A stretch of DNA of 40,793 nt from an uncultured bacterium (GCA_964498175.1 CAZCHA010000003.1:1-40793), one strand, 5' to 3'. Shown: positions 27,022-37,400, counted from the first letter of the stretch. Notes: generated from the letters alone by a model not told the origin. Numbers and translations: made by a program.

Positions 27022-28112
27022 ACAAGATCACATTTGTTATCCTTCCACTTTTGTCTATGGTCGTAGTTTTTACTTCTTGTGGAGAAAAAGATTTAGGGTC
27101 ACCTATTACTGAAGTGGACTCTGGAATTATTGATTCGCTTTTATCGGATTATGATTTGGTAGAAGGTCCAGGCGCTGCAGTTATGATCATTAAAGATGGA
27201 GATATTTTATTTTCTAAAGGATATGGATTGGCCAATTTGGAAGAGGGAATTTCCAATACAAATGAAACCAATTTCAGGTTGGCATCCATTACAAAACAAT
27301 TCACGGCAATGTGCATTATGATATTAATAAATCATGGTGAATTAGATTTTGAATCGACTTTGACAGATATTTTTTCAGCTTTCCCTCCTTATGGGAATAA
27401 TATAACCATTCGCCAAATGTTAAATCACACATCAGGACTGATGGATTACGAATCATTGATTCCTGATGATGCCTCAGAACAAGTGTCTGACTGGGACATA
27501 TACACCATGATGTTAGGCCTAAATTCAACCTATTTTACACCGGGAACACATTATCGCTACAGCAATACGGGCTACGCTTTATTAGCCATGATCGTTGAAG
27601 AAAAATCTGGACTCATTTTTTCGGAATTTTTAGAGAAAAATATTTTTTCACCCTTGGAGATGAATAATAGCGTTGCCCACCAAGAAGGAATCTCAAATAT
27701 CACAAACCGTGCTTATGGTTATTCTCAGGGAGATGATGGGTATAATCTGGATGATCAAAGTTTAACCAGCGCCGTATTGGGAGATGGCGGCATATATACA
27801 TCATTAAACGATATGTTCCGTTGGGATCAAAGTTTGTATACAGATAGCCTTGTTCCTTATGAAATATTAAATGAAGCATTTACTTCCGGAGAGTTATCCA
27901 ATGGTGAAAAAACAGGTTATGGATTTGGTTGGCGAATTGATTCTTATTTTTATCGGGACCGAGTTCATCATACAGGAAGCACACGTGGGTTTCGAAATGT
28001 GTTCATGCGATTTCCAGACCAACACATTAGTATTCTAATTCTCACAAACAGAAACTCTGGAAGTCCAATCAATATCGCAGAAAAAATTGCCGATTATCTT
28101 TTTGACGCTTAA
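27018..28112 (+). CDS. Beta-lactamase-fold serine hydrolase (class C / DD-peptidase-like family), lipoprotein
   Basis: Lipobox (VFTSCG). SxxK in LASITKQFTA. YxN in YSNTGYALL. A KTG-equivalent HTG in HHTGSTRGF. It overlaps the permease gene by 4 nt. Confidence 0.75.
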   Translation: MNKITFVILPLLSMVVVFTSCGEKDLGSPITEVDSGIIDSLLSDYDLVEGPGAAVMIIKDGDILFSKGYGLANLEEGISNTNETNFRLASITKQFTAMCIMILINHGELDFESTLTDIFSAFPPYGNNITIRQMLNHTSGLMDYESLIPDDASEQVSDWDIYTMMLGLNSTYFTPGTHYRYSNTGYALLAMIVEEKSGLIFSEFLEKNIFSPLEMNNSVAHQEGISNITNRAYGYSQGDDGYNLDDQSLTSAVLGDGGIYTSLNDMFRWDQSLYTDSLVPYEILNEAFTSGELSNGEKTGYGFGWRIDSYFYRDRVHHTGSTRGFRNVFMRFPDQHISILILTNRNSGSPINIAEKIADYLFDA

Positions 28113-28221
28113 CTAAATTCGATTCATGATCCAACTTTTACCCATTCTAATTTCTTCTCTTTTCCAATACTGCAGACAGATTTTGGTAAGAATCGGGAAA
28201 ATTTAATCATTCTATTATCAT

Positions 28222-29487
28222 TTAATATTCTAGTTTAAATCGATTCAAATCAGGGACGTAATCTTTTTCTCTAAATAATTCAAATTCGTAAATGACTCTC
28301 CCCAACTCTGATAAAAAAGGAATTGTTAATGAGTCATAATCATAGGTATTATCATTAATTATTCCATTTTTATTTCCGTAAACGACTGCGCTTAAGAAAA
28401 ATTCCACATTATTATCAAAATCTACTATATAGGCATTATCAATAAGAAAACCGTATGCAAGCCCTACTTTATTGAATGACCTAATACTGGGTGGAATTGT
28501 AGCATGATTATCCCCAAAAAGAAAAAATTTGCAATAACTATCATAATATTTTTGCCGATCGTAAACCGGTTTATTACTTTCTCGAGGTAATATGGACATA
28601 CATTTAAATAAATAATTTTTATCTCGTTCAGTCAGATTCATTTTTCTATTTTCAAATACCTCAGGAAAAATTGTATGAATCAAGAAAGTGTGCTTATCTT
28701 TCAAACTCATGTAGTTTTTCTTTGAAAATTCGAATGGTTTGGGAATCACTTCATCACCAACTCTATGAGATTCTCCAATAAAATAATTATCAAAGGGAGC
28801 ATCTAGGGTTAATTGACCGATCTCACTTTCCTGCTGATGAAGAATCCCATCTTGATTGAAAAATTTAATTTGGTTGGTCACCAAATTTTGTTTTTCGCTC
28901 AGTCCAATCCCAAGTCGATGACGAATTCTTGTACTCCTGTACCCAAGTTCCCAAAGCCGTTTATTGATATAATCCCTGCCAAGAAATTCATATAGTCTGT
29001 TAAAAGCATCATTATCTGATATAATGAAAAGTTTATGGATAAAATGCGCTATAGATGGATAACCAGAATGTGACGTCTCGTCCCGATTCATCCCAAGTAA
29101 ACCGATTGGATGATCTTCAATTTTCATGGGTGTATCCATATCTATTGAAGAGATGTTATTTAATTTTTCCAAAGCTAACACAGCAATCGGAAATTTTATG
29201 GCACTTGCCGGATAAAAATAGGTTCCATCTTTCATCCCAAATTGAAATGTCTCAAAAGTTGGCTCATTGAATTGATTGCGGTGTACCATGGTGTAAATTA
29301 CCTGAAACCTATAAAGTTCTGGAGCCTGAAGTATTGGTTGGAAACGGGAATTTACGTGCTTCAATATCTGTGAGAAATCGAGATTTTTCTCTTGTTCCAT
29401 TTCCATTTCATTGCCAATAACCTTGACAGAACATATGAGGGTAAATAATAAAAATAAATTGATGAATGAATTATTTTTTAATGACAT
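28222..29487 (-). CDS. Exported serine hydrolase, class A beta-lactamase-like fold
   Basis: Signal peptide. SxxK in YPASAIKFPIAVLA. SDN in FIISDNDAFN. A possible KTG-like KVG in FNKVGLAYG. Assigned by motif spacing only. Confidence 0.55.
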   Translation of the reverse strand: MSLKNNSFINLFLLFTLICSVKVIGNEMEMEQEKNLDFSQILKHVNSRFQPILQAPELYRFQVIYTMVHRNQFNEPTFETFQFGMKDGTYFYPASAIKFPIAVLALEKLNNISSIDMDTPMKIEDHPIGLLGMNRDETSHSGYPSIAHFIHKLFIISDNDAFNRLYEFLGRDYINKRLWELGYRSTRIRHRLGIGLSEKQNLVTNQIKFFNQDGILHQQESEIGQLTLDAPFDNYFIGESHRVGDEVIPKPFEFSKKNYMSLKDKHTFLIHTIFPEVFENRKMNLTERDKNYLFKCMSILPRESNKPVYDRQKYYDSYCKFFLFGDNHATIPPSIRSFNKVGLAYGFLIDNAYIVDFDNNVEFFLSAVVYGNKNGIINDNTYDYDSLTIPFLSELGRVIYEFELFREKDYVPDLNRFKLEY

Positions 29488-30871
29488 TCAGTATGCCCTG
29501 AGTCAATATTGTTACGATAATATTTGTGGTAACAGATAAGAAAATAAACCAAGTCCATGCCAAGCCTATTTGTTTGAGAAAAAATACAACTAAGAAACTG
29601 GATATCAGCCCTATAATCAAACTGATTTGAGAAAATGAGTAATCAAGCTTGCTCAATAAAAATAGGCCCAATAACCCACCATATGTAAATGATGCAATTT
29701 GAAGCCCCATAATTACAATAGCAGAATCTCCTTCATCAAATATAAGTGCAATACCAATGAGTACAGTCGCCCAAATACCACTAACAATCCGTGATTTTTT
29801 CAGATCAGCTTCACCCCTTAACCAATCCGTAATAGTGGATGAAGCCAAAGAATTGATGGATGAGCTCAGGGTAGACATTGCTGCAGACAGGATTCCTGCT
29901 AAAAGTAAACCTTTAACACCGACCGGCAAATGATCAATAATAAATGTCGGAAATTCCCTATCTTTAACCAGTTCTACTCCGCCAATGTAAATGTAGATCA
30001 AAGATCCAGCTAATAAAAAAATTCCAAATTGTAGAAAAACAAATAAGCCACTGCCGATCATAGCTTTTGTTCCGGATTCAATGTCTTTAGTCCCTAAAAC
30101 ACGTTGAACCATCATATAGTCAGCACCGTGGGATGAAAAAGACAAAAACAATCCACCAATTACCGCACTTATGAATAAATAGGGATCATGAATAAAATCA
30201 CCGCTGAAATTCAGGATCTGCAATTTCCCTGCTTCGCTCAATTGAATAAATGCATCCCCTGCTGATGGTGCCATATTAAACAGGATATAAAATATAGAAA
30301 TCAGGCCGCCGGCCAAATAAAGCACAAATTGAAAACTATCAATCCAAACGATAGTGCGGATACCTCCAAGGAGTGAATAAACCAGGGTTACAATTCCGAT
30401 CACCAATACTGCAACAGGCAATGACCATCCCGTTACAACCTGTACAATAACTGCCGTGGCAAGATATCGAATTCCATCGGCAAGAATCCGGGTAATGAGA
30501 AAAACAGCCGATGCAACTTTTTGTATCTCCGAACCAAATTTATTACCCAATACTTCATAAATGGATGTGACTCCTGATTGGAAATATTGTGGTAGTAAAA
30601 ACAGGCTTACCAAAATTCTTCCCAGGATGTAACCGATAGCTAATTGGAGGAATAACCAATTCCCGCGATAAGCAATTCCTGGAATGCTGATAAAGGTCAA
30701 TACAGATGTTTCTGTGGCTACGATGGAAAACATGGCTACAACCCATGGAATGTTTTTTCCACCAAGAAAATAATCAGAAGTGGATTTATTGAGCCTGCTC
30801 TGCCACCACCCGAATCCCATGAGTCCAATTAAAAATAAAAAAATTATTGATGTGTCTATCCAGTGTAACAT
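29471..30871 (-). CDS. Sodium:solute symporter (SSS/SSF family)
   Basis: 466 aa and polytopic. The N-terminal SDYFLGGKNIPWVVAMFSIVATETSVLTFISIPGIAY is a typical SSF opening. The downstream gene overlaps it by 17 nt. Confidence 0.8.
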   Translation of the reverse strand: MLHWIDTSIIFLFLIGLMGFGWWQSRLNKSTSDYFLGGKNIPWVVAMFSIVATETSVLTFISIPGIAYRGNWLFLQLAIGYILGRILVSLFLLPQYFQSGVTSIYEVLGNKFGSEIQKVASAVFLITRILADGIRYLATAVIVQVVTGWSLPVAVLVIGIVTLVYSLLGGIRTIVWIDSFQFVLYLAGGLISIFYILFNMAPSAGDAFIQLSEAGKLQILNFSGDFIHDPYLFISAVIGGLFLSFSSHGADYMMVQRVLGTKDIESGTKAMIGSGLFVFLQFGIFLLAGSLIYIYIGGVELVKDREFPTFIIDHLPVGVKGLLLAGILSAAMSTLSSSINSLASSTITDWLRGEADLKKSRIVSGIWATVLIGIALIFDEGDSAIVIMGLQIASFTYGGLLGLFLLSKLDYSFSQISLIIGLISSFLVVFFLKQIGLAWTWFIFLSVTTNIIVTILTQGILNVIKK

Positions 30872-30896
30872 ATTCTTATATGATTTTTTTTGGGAT

Positions 30897-33407
30897 CTAT
30901 TTTAATAGAATCATTCTGCCTGAATTTTTAATATCATCAGACATGAGCGAATAAATATAAACGCCTGATGAAACTTTTTCGCCATAAATATTTGTTCCAT
31001 CCCAGATTAAATAATATTCACCCGGTTCATAAATAGAGTTTGTCAGTTCTTTAATTTTATTTCCGAGAATATCAAATACTGTTAAAATTATGCGTCGAGA
31101 ATCACTGGTTTGGAATTTAATTTTTGTTGTGGGATTAAATGGGTTTGGGTAATTCCCAGTTAAGGTAATTCCAACTGGAAGCTCTTCTGTATTTATTGAT
31201 AATTCGAATTCGTCAACGATCCGGAAATCATCAATATATATTTTCCCAAATTGTGCTTGTCCCGCAGAATAGGTTAATTGAAAACTATCAAATCTCATTG
31301 TTCCATCTAATTGACCATCTCCAATCCATTCACCTGTTCCATCAAGATCCAAATCCCAATAAACTAATTTCCATCCAATCCAATCGATGATATACCAAGG
31401 GCTCACTTCGTGGTATTCTGCTCCAGTACTGGGAAGGTTGTCATCAACGGCAAACCTGAATTTGTTACCAGAGCCATCTCCAAAAACATAAGCCTGCATG
31501 GTTTTGCTATCGTTGAAGGTAATATTTCTCGGAGGGCCACCACTTAAATAAACTCGGATTAGCCAATCAGAAGAATTGAAATTCCAGCCATAATTAATTT
31601 CCATTGATTGAGTGCTGCCATACAACCCGTTAATTGTTTCCATATTCGGTAACATGGAGGTACTATCGGTAATAATTCCCGTCGTACTCCCAGAACTTTG
31701 CGGTCCCCACCAATTATCTTGAAAATTTTGTTCCATTGCATCAATTAGTGTGATATTCAAATCAATGTTTCCGGTATTAAAAGAATAAGAATGGTTGAAT
31801 GGAATCGAATTATTGAAGTTATCATTAAGTCCAGAATAGATTCTGGTAACATACACTTCATCAGGATGTAAACTATTAAATGGGAAAAAACACATAGAAC
31901 TTCGCCCTAAAACATTGTAGTGCACCCATTCACCTTCCACACCTGAATGATCTTGAAAACGTTCCAGAAAAAAGAATGATTCTACTAAAGAGTCTGGCCC
32001 AATTACTTCATCAAACTGTATATTGACAATGGGATTCAACTCGACATTTTGGGATACATTGGGCGGAATAACAGCAATAATTTCAGGCGGTGTCATATCT
32101 GCCGGGCCTGTGCGGAAAGTCAAAATAAAATCACCTCCTGGAACTCCATCTTTGTCACCATCTAAATAATGACCATAAACATCTCGTGCTTCTTCCAAAA
32201 TTGTTAACAAATAATCTGTTTCAAATTCTAATCCATCAGGTACAATTGTTAAGGTTCGAAAATTGTTTCCCCAAGTTTCGGTAAACTCAGTTGGCGGATT
32301 TAATGAAAGAGATTCATCCACTGTTTCCTGATCCATCGGACGAGAGAATTGGATTTCAATAATATCCCAAGCAGGGAAAAGAGAGTCACCCTGAATCGGA
32401 ATAGTTTCAACTATTACAGGTGCTTGGCTGGATAATAAAAACACATCGTGAAAGGTAATAAAAGAATCAGCTACTGTTACCATTGCAGTATCAGGGTAAT
32501 AATTATCTGCAGTTACTATGACTTCATAACTGGAATCTATGAGTCCATCAAACCAATAAAAACCATTTCTTAGTTCATTTACATCGGATGAATAATTATG
32601 AAAAAGTGATTCGAATGTATCCGTTGTATATGAAAGCTCTCCAAGAGAAATTGTTGCACCATTAATGGGATATTCTGATTCCAAATCATAAACCTGTCCT
32701 GCTATTTGCCCCACAAATGGTCTGCCAATTTCATGATATTTTAAAATGGACCAATAAAACAAATAAGCCAGCATTCTTTTGTATTCATCATTCATAACTA
32801 ATTGATTCTGTGCAGGATTTGTATGATGCCCTTCTTCACTGAGTTCTGACGGCATATTCGTATTCCGATTTACATATAGATAAGGGCCACCCGAATTTGC
32901 GCAATAATCGCTCCATGTGTAAAAACTGCAATCCCCCCAGGATCCTGTAGTTGCAATTCTCATTCCATCTGTTAAAATATCAATCATGAATGAGCTCATT
33001 TCCTCTCCACCAACAGGCGGATCGGGATTCCCATTATTTAATTCTCCCCATAACATTAAAGTTTTATTTGTATTTGAATTGGAACTAGCATCGCTATGGA
33101 TAGAATGATACCAGGATGCACTTACAGAATTAGCATAATTCGTTCGTTGATACAAGGAAACGGTCTGGTTGTCATTTGTTCTGGAAATGTAGACAGAATC
33201 TATATCAGTTTGATTCTCTAATATATCTTTTAAGTGCAGACCTACTCTCAGGACTTCCTCTGCTTCTGAATAGCCATTGATCCCCATATTTTCAGTTCGG
33301 CTGTGGCCAGGATCAATAAAAATATCCCAACCATTCAATCCTGTAACTTGTGACAGACACGTACTAGCCATGAAAACTATGATCAGTCTAATTAAAAATT
33401 GAATCAT
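30897..33407 (-). CDS. Secreted multidomain N-acetylmuramoyl-L-alanine amidase (Amidase_3 + CarboxypepD_reg-like + 2 Ig-like + uncharacterised domain + T9SS CTD)
   Basis: Signal peptide. Amidase_3 blocks are IFIDPGHS, YSEAEEVLRVGLHL, YISRTND..VSLYQRTNYAN and WYHSIHSDA. A CarboxypepD_reg-like segment reads GQIAGQVYDLESEYPINGATISL. Two SbsA/Big_5-like Ig domains span roughly aa 330-545. A conserved unknown domain spans roughly aa 550-733. The CTD is NYPNPFNPTTKIKF...GVYIYSL...RMILLK. Confidence 0.8.
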   Translation of the reverse strand: MIQFLIRLIIVFMASTCLSQVTGLNGWDIFIDPGHSRTENMGINGYSEAEEVLRVGLHLKDILENQTDIDSVYISRTNDNQTVSLYQRTNYANSVSASWYHSIHSDASSNSNTNKTLMLWGELNNGNPDPPVGGEEMSSFMIDILTDGMRIATTGSWGDCSFYTWSDYCANSGGPYLYVNRNTNMPSELSEEGHHTNPAQNQLVMNDEYKRMLAYLFYWSILKYHEIGRPFVGQIAGQVYDLESEYPINGATISLGELSYTTDTFESLFHNYSSDVNELRNGFYWFDGLIDSSYEVIVTADNYYPDTAMVTVADSFITFHDVFLLSSQAPVIVETIPIQGDSLFPAWDIIEIQFSRPMDQETVDESLSLNPPTEFTETWGNNFRTLTIVPDGLEFETDYLLTILEEARDVYGHYLDGDKDGVPGGDFILTFRTGPADMTPPEIIAVIPPNVSQNVELNPIVNIQFDEVIGPDSLVESFFFLERFQDHSGVEGEWVHYNVLGRSSMCFFPFNSLHPDEVYVTRIYSGLNDNFNNSIPFNHSYSFNTGNIDLNITLIDAMEQNFQDNWWGPQSSGSTTGIITDSTSMLPNMETINGLYGSTQSMEINYGWNFNSSDWLIRVYLSGGPPRNITFNDSKTMQAYVFGDGSGNKFRFAVDDNLPSTGAEYHEVSPWYIIDWIGWKLVYWDLDLDGTGEWIGDGQLDGTMRFDSFQLTYSAGQAQFGKIYIDDFRIVDEFELSINTEELPVGITLTGNYPNPFNPTTKIKFQTSDSRRIILTVFDILGNKIKELTNSIYEPGEYYLIWDGTNIYGEKVSSGVYIYSLMSDDIKNSGRMILLK

Positions 33408-34321
33408 TGAATGGTACCAATAATTAGTTCACCTTGAGGATATATTGTTATTGATATAAATTGGCCATCTGACGAAATAGATGGATTCATTTCAATTTGG
33501 TCATCTGTATTGGTTAATTGAGATATGGAATCAGAATCCTTATCCCATATAAAAATATCACCATCTATTAATTCATATCCATTATCTTTTAATCTCATGA
33601 ATAAAATATAATCTCCAGAAGGTGAAACGGATGGTGCATTCCCTACCCCAATTTCCTGATATTTTTCTGTTAATAGATCAAAAAAATATAGGCTACCACC
33701 ATATAGTTCGAATGAGATTAAATTAGTAGAATACGAAGTTGAAAGATTGAGAATATCCGATGGAAATTGTTTTATAAGCACAGCAGATCTAGGATTGTCT
33801 TTTTTAAATAATTTGTTCCCAATAGCATATACTATGGGGTAATTCCATTCTACATTTTTATTTTCTATCGAATAGGATTTCAATTTATTTTCAAGTAAAT
33901 AATGAAGTGAATTATTGCCAGACCAACCAACAGGTAGTATTTTTTTCATTGTAAAATCAATAATCGTATTCAGAACGACACCATTTTGATCAAGTAAAAT
34001 CAAAGAATTCATTCTTCTTTTTTGATTATATTTAGTTTTGAGAATTAACACGAACTTTCCATTTGGTGACCATTTCGCGCTAAATGCATTTAGATATCCT
34101 GTATTAAATAAAGTAGTTTCTACTGAAAGTGGATCAAAAATAAAACAACTAGACTGGTTATCATTTGATAAAAACAATTCAGTGTGGTTTGGAATCCACT
34201 CTGATCGCAAATTAGGCAGGTTCAATTCCATTTCTTCCCACTCTACAACCATATTAGTTTGGGAAAATAGTGCCACATTAAAAAACAGGTTAATTTTGAA
34301 AAACAAATTCATATTCATCAT
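33404..34321 (-). CDS. Exported TolB-like / PD40 beta-propeller repeat protein
   Basis: Signal peptide. Repeated PD40-like units are AKWSPNGKFVLIL, SVSPSGDYILFMR and MNPSISSDGQFISI. It overlaps the amidase start by 4 nt. Confidence 0.5.
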   Translation of the reverse strand: MMNMNLFFKINLFFNVALFSQTNMVVEWEEMELNLPNLRSEWIPNHTELFLSNDNQSSCFIFDPLSVETTLFNTGYLNAFSAKWSPNGKFVLILKTKYNQKRRMNSLILLDQNGVVLNTIIDFTMKKILPVGWSGNNSLHYLLENKLKSYSIENKNVEWNYPIVYAIGNKLFKKDNPRSAVLIKQFPSDILNLSTSYSTNLISFELYGGSLYFFDLLTEKYQEIGVGNAPSVSPSGDYILFMRLKDNGYELIDGDIFIWDKDSDSISQLTNTDDQIEMNPSISSDGQFISITIYPQGELIIGTIQ

Positions 34322-34414
34322 TGATAGAAATATTTAATATTTATGTTCGTAAAATATTTAGTGGAAGAGTCTTTAAATTAATATATTAATATTCTTTACA
34401 CAGGAACAAATTTA

Positions 34415-37400
34415 ATGATAAATATAAAAAAGGTGCTTCTCGTCTTTTCATTAACCCTTCCCTTCCTAAAAGCTAATCCATCTGATAGAGAATTTCGGGC
34501 GTCTTGGGTAATAACCTGGGAATATATTGGGTCATCCCAGAGTTCGGATGAAATAATGATCCGGATAGACGAGATAATGGATAATCATGCCGATGCCAAT
34601 ATGACCGCTGTACTTTTTCAGGTCAGGCAAAGCGGCACTGTTTACTACGAATCTTCCTATGAACCGTGGGGATACTATGCAGGGTATGGGAATCCTGGAA
34701 TCGATCCGCTTGAGTATGCCGTAAATGCAGCCCATGAAAGAGGCCTTGAACTGCACGCCTGGTTTAACGTGTTTCAAACATCCAGTATGCATGAAGGAGC
34801 TCCCGCTGAAGTCCACCCAGAATGGATCTGTCGGGACCAGAGTGGAAATCCCATGACATCTCACCGAAGCGTATCACCGGGTCTTGAAGATGTAAGACAG
34901 TATACAGTGAATGTTGCCATGGAAATTGTAAATAATTATGATATTGATGGACTTCATTTAGACTATGTCAGATGGAACGAATATTCCAGCAGCTCACAGA
35001 ATATTTTACCCCCTGGTCAGATTGAAGAGATCAGAATGATGGACGGAATTATTTCTGATGAAATGTTAAACGATCTGGAAAATTCCAGGACAGGAAGGTA
35101 TTTATATGATGTTGATCATCCATACTCATCCGGGATTCCGGATGATTATTCCAGCTGGGAGGATTGGTGGAGAGATGGAGTGACTGCATTTGTTAGTACC
35201 TTGCATGATTCTATTCAAACGGTAAAGCCCTTTGTAAGACTGTCATCCGCCGTATTGGGAAGATATAACTGGGGAGGGTGGCAGGGATATGGTACCGTCT
35301 ACCAGGACGCCGCATTGTGGATGAATGACGGTTATGTAGACCATTTAACACCGATGCACTACCACTGGACTTCACCCAACAGTTTTGTTCAAATGTTAAC
35401 AGGATCTAACCAGAGCTGGGCACCCTATATCCAAGATGGCATCCAGGCTGGAAGACTATTCTCTGCCGGACCTGGTTCTTATGTTTTGGCGGATCAAAAT
35501 TTATGGGATAACCATCCAGAAATCGTCGATGCTGTGCGAAATATTGACTTTGTCGATGGGTTCCAGTTTTTTAGTAATGGCACCTGGGAAGATTATCAAT
35601 ACTGGGAAGAAGCGGGTCACACCTTTTTTAAAGATAAAGCTATTGTCAGGAATATCACATACTACGCAACAAACACAGATCTTCCTCCAGACCCAAATAT
35701 TACCCTAGCTCAGATCAATGATCTTGAATACCAAGTTGATATTGCAACAAATTCGGCAGAGAGTTCCGTATGGACAGTGGTTAGCCTTTCCCCATCAGAC
35801 AGTTCAGATATGTCAAGCTCAATCCATTCCATACACTTTGGTTCAGATGATATATTGGTTCCCTTGACATTTGATGGACTGCAGCCTTATGAAGGTGCTT
35901 ACCATGTACATGTGCAAAATTTTAATCGCTTTTGGATTGAATCTGAAACAAGCGCTCAGGAGACAACAGGAGAAATCCCTTCTTACCCTCCAACCCTTAT
36001 AGATATCAACCTGGATACAGGTGATACTATAGCAGTAAACACTATGATAAGAATAGAATTCTCTAAGGAAATAGATCCATCATCATTCACATCATCATTT
36101 TCATTAAGCCCGGAACCGGACATAGTTGAAATTGATTGGTCCGATTACTGGGAAGATGAAGGAAGAGTGGTTTTAATATCGTTCCCTGATCTGCTGGAGT
36201 TTGATTTGGATTATTCACTAGATATATCTGCTGAGCTGACTGATATTATTGGTATCCATTTTGATGGCAACATGGATGGAGTTGCAGGGGATGGATTTTC
36301 TATTACATTTCATACAGAATCAACAGACCTCACCGGCCCACAGGTAACCGAATTTTATCCACCCACTGAATTTATTTTTGATACAGAAGGTGTGTTCAAT
36401 ATCACCTGGGACGAAATGGTAGACCCTGCTTCCATAAACCAGATGTCTGTTCAGTTTCAGTCTAGTGGACAGTACCTGACAACAGACCATATTGAAAATA
36501 CAATTGATGAAATAACCACAGTTTCTTTAAAGCCGTTTGCACCCCTATTGAATGATGCCAGCTGTACAGTCATTCTTAATGGAATTACAGACACGCTCGG
36601 CAATGCCATAGTCAACGCTCTTGAGTATTCTTATAACACTGTACCCTTCTATTATTCCAGTAAAACGTATATAGACCGGTTTAATTCAGGTGCAGGATGG
36701 TGGCAGCCCGATGGGAGTGGATCTACCACCGGGATCCTTGGCAGTGAAACCCAGTTTGGGTACAACAGTTCAGTGTTTGTTCCAGGGGTCAGTATGAACC
36801 CAAACGGAAGAAAATCCGGATCACTTCGGTATGGCTGGGATCCAGATGCTTCCAGTTCATTTTTAAGGCTTCATAATGCGGGTGACCCATCAGATGTTGC
36901 ATTGGATACATCAAACGTGCTCCAAGTATATGTGTATAGTGATGGCAGTGGAAACCAGTTCAGCATATCACTCTATGAATATTCAAATGGCTCTCTCACG
37001 GGAGATATTATTGAAGTTATGGCATGGGAAGAATTAAACTGGATAGGATGGAAATTGATCGAGTGGGATCTTTCAGATCCGGAACAGGTCGGGAACTGGC
37101 TTAGCAGTGACCAGACCATGGATGGGGATGCATATTTTTTAGATGGGTTTCTAATGAAACCGGGGCAGGATAGTGATATGAGCGGAAGGGTTTATTTTGA
37201 TGATCTGCGAATTGTTACCAAAGCTGAAGGAGATCCACCCATGAACTCTGCGCCAGTCATCACCGCTCTACCAGATACAATTATTGAGAATGGTGATAAT
37301 TTTTATTTTTATGTTGAGTTTTCAGATAATAATGAAAATGATATACACCAGATCACTGCTACCACGGATACATCTTCAGTCACAGCTACTATTTACGGAC

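Noticed and set aside
28113-28221. Terminator hairpin between the convergent serine-hydrolase genes
   Set aside because: Only weak, short complementarities are visible by eye. Nothing is comparable to the clean G/C stem at 40221..40246.
34378-34389. Perfect 12-bp palindrome TTAATATATTAA in the divergent intergenic region between the PD40/amidase operon and the GHL10 gene, as a possible operator
   Set aside because: It consists entirely of A and T in a very AT-rich spacer. It does not recur in the other divergent regions (6842..6991, 20418..20710), so there is no support for a shared regulator site.
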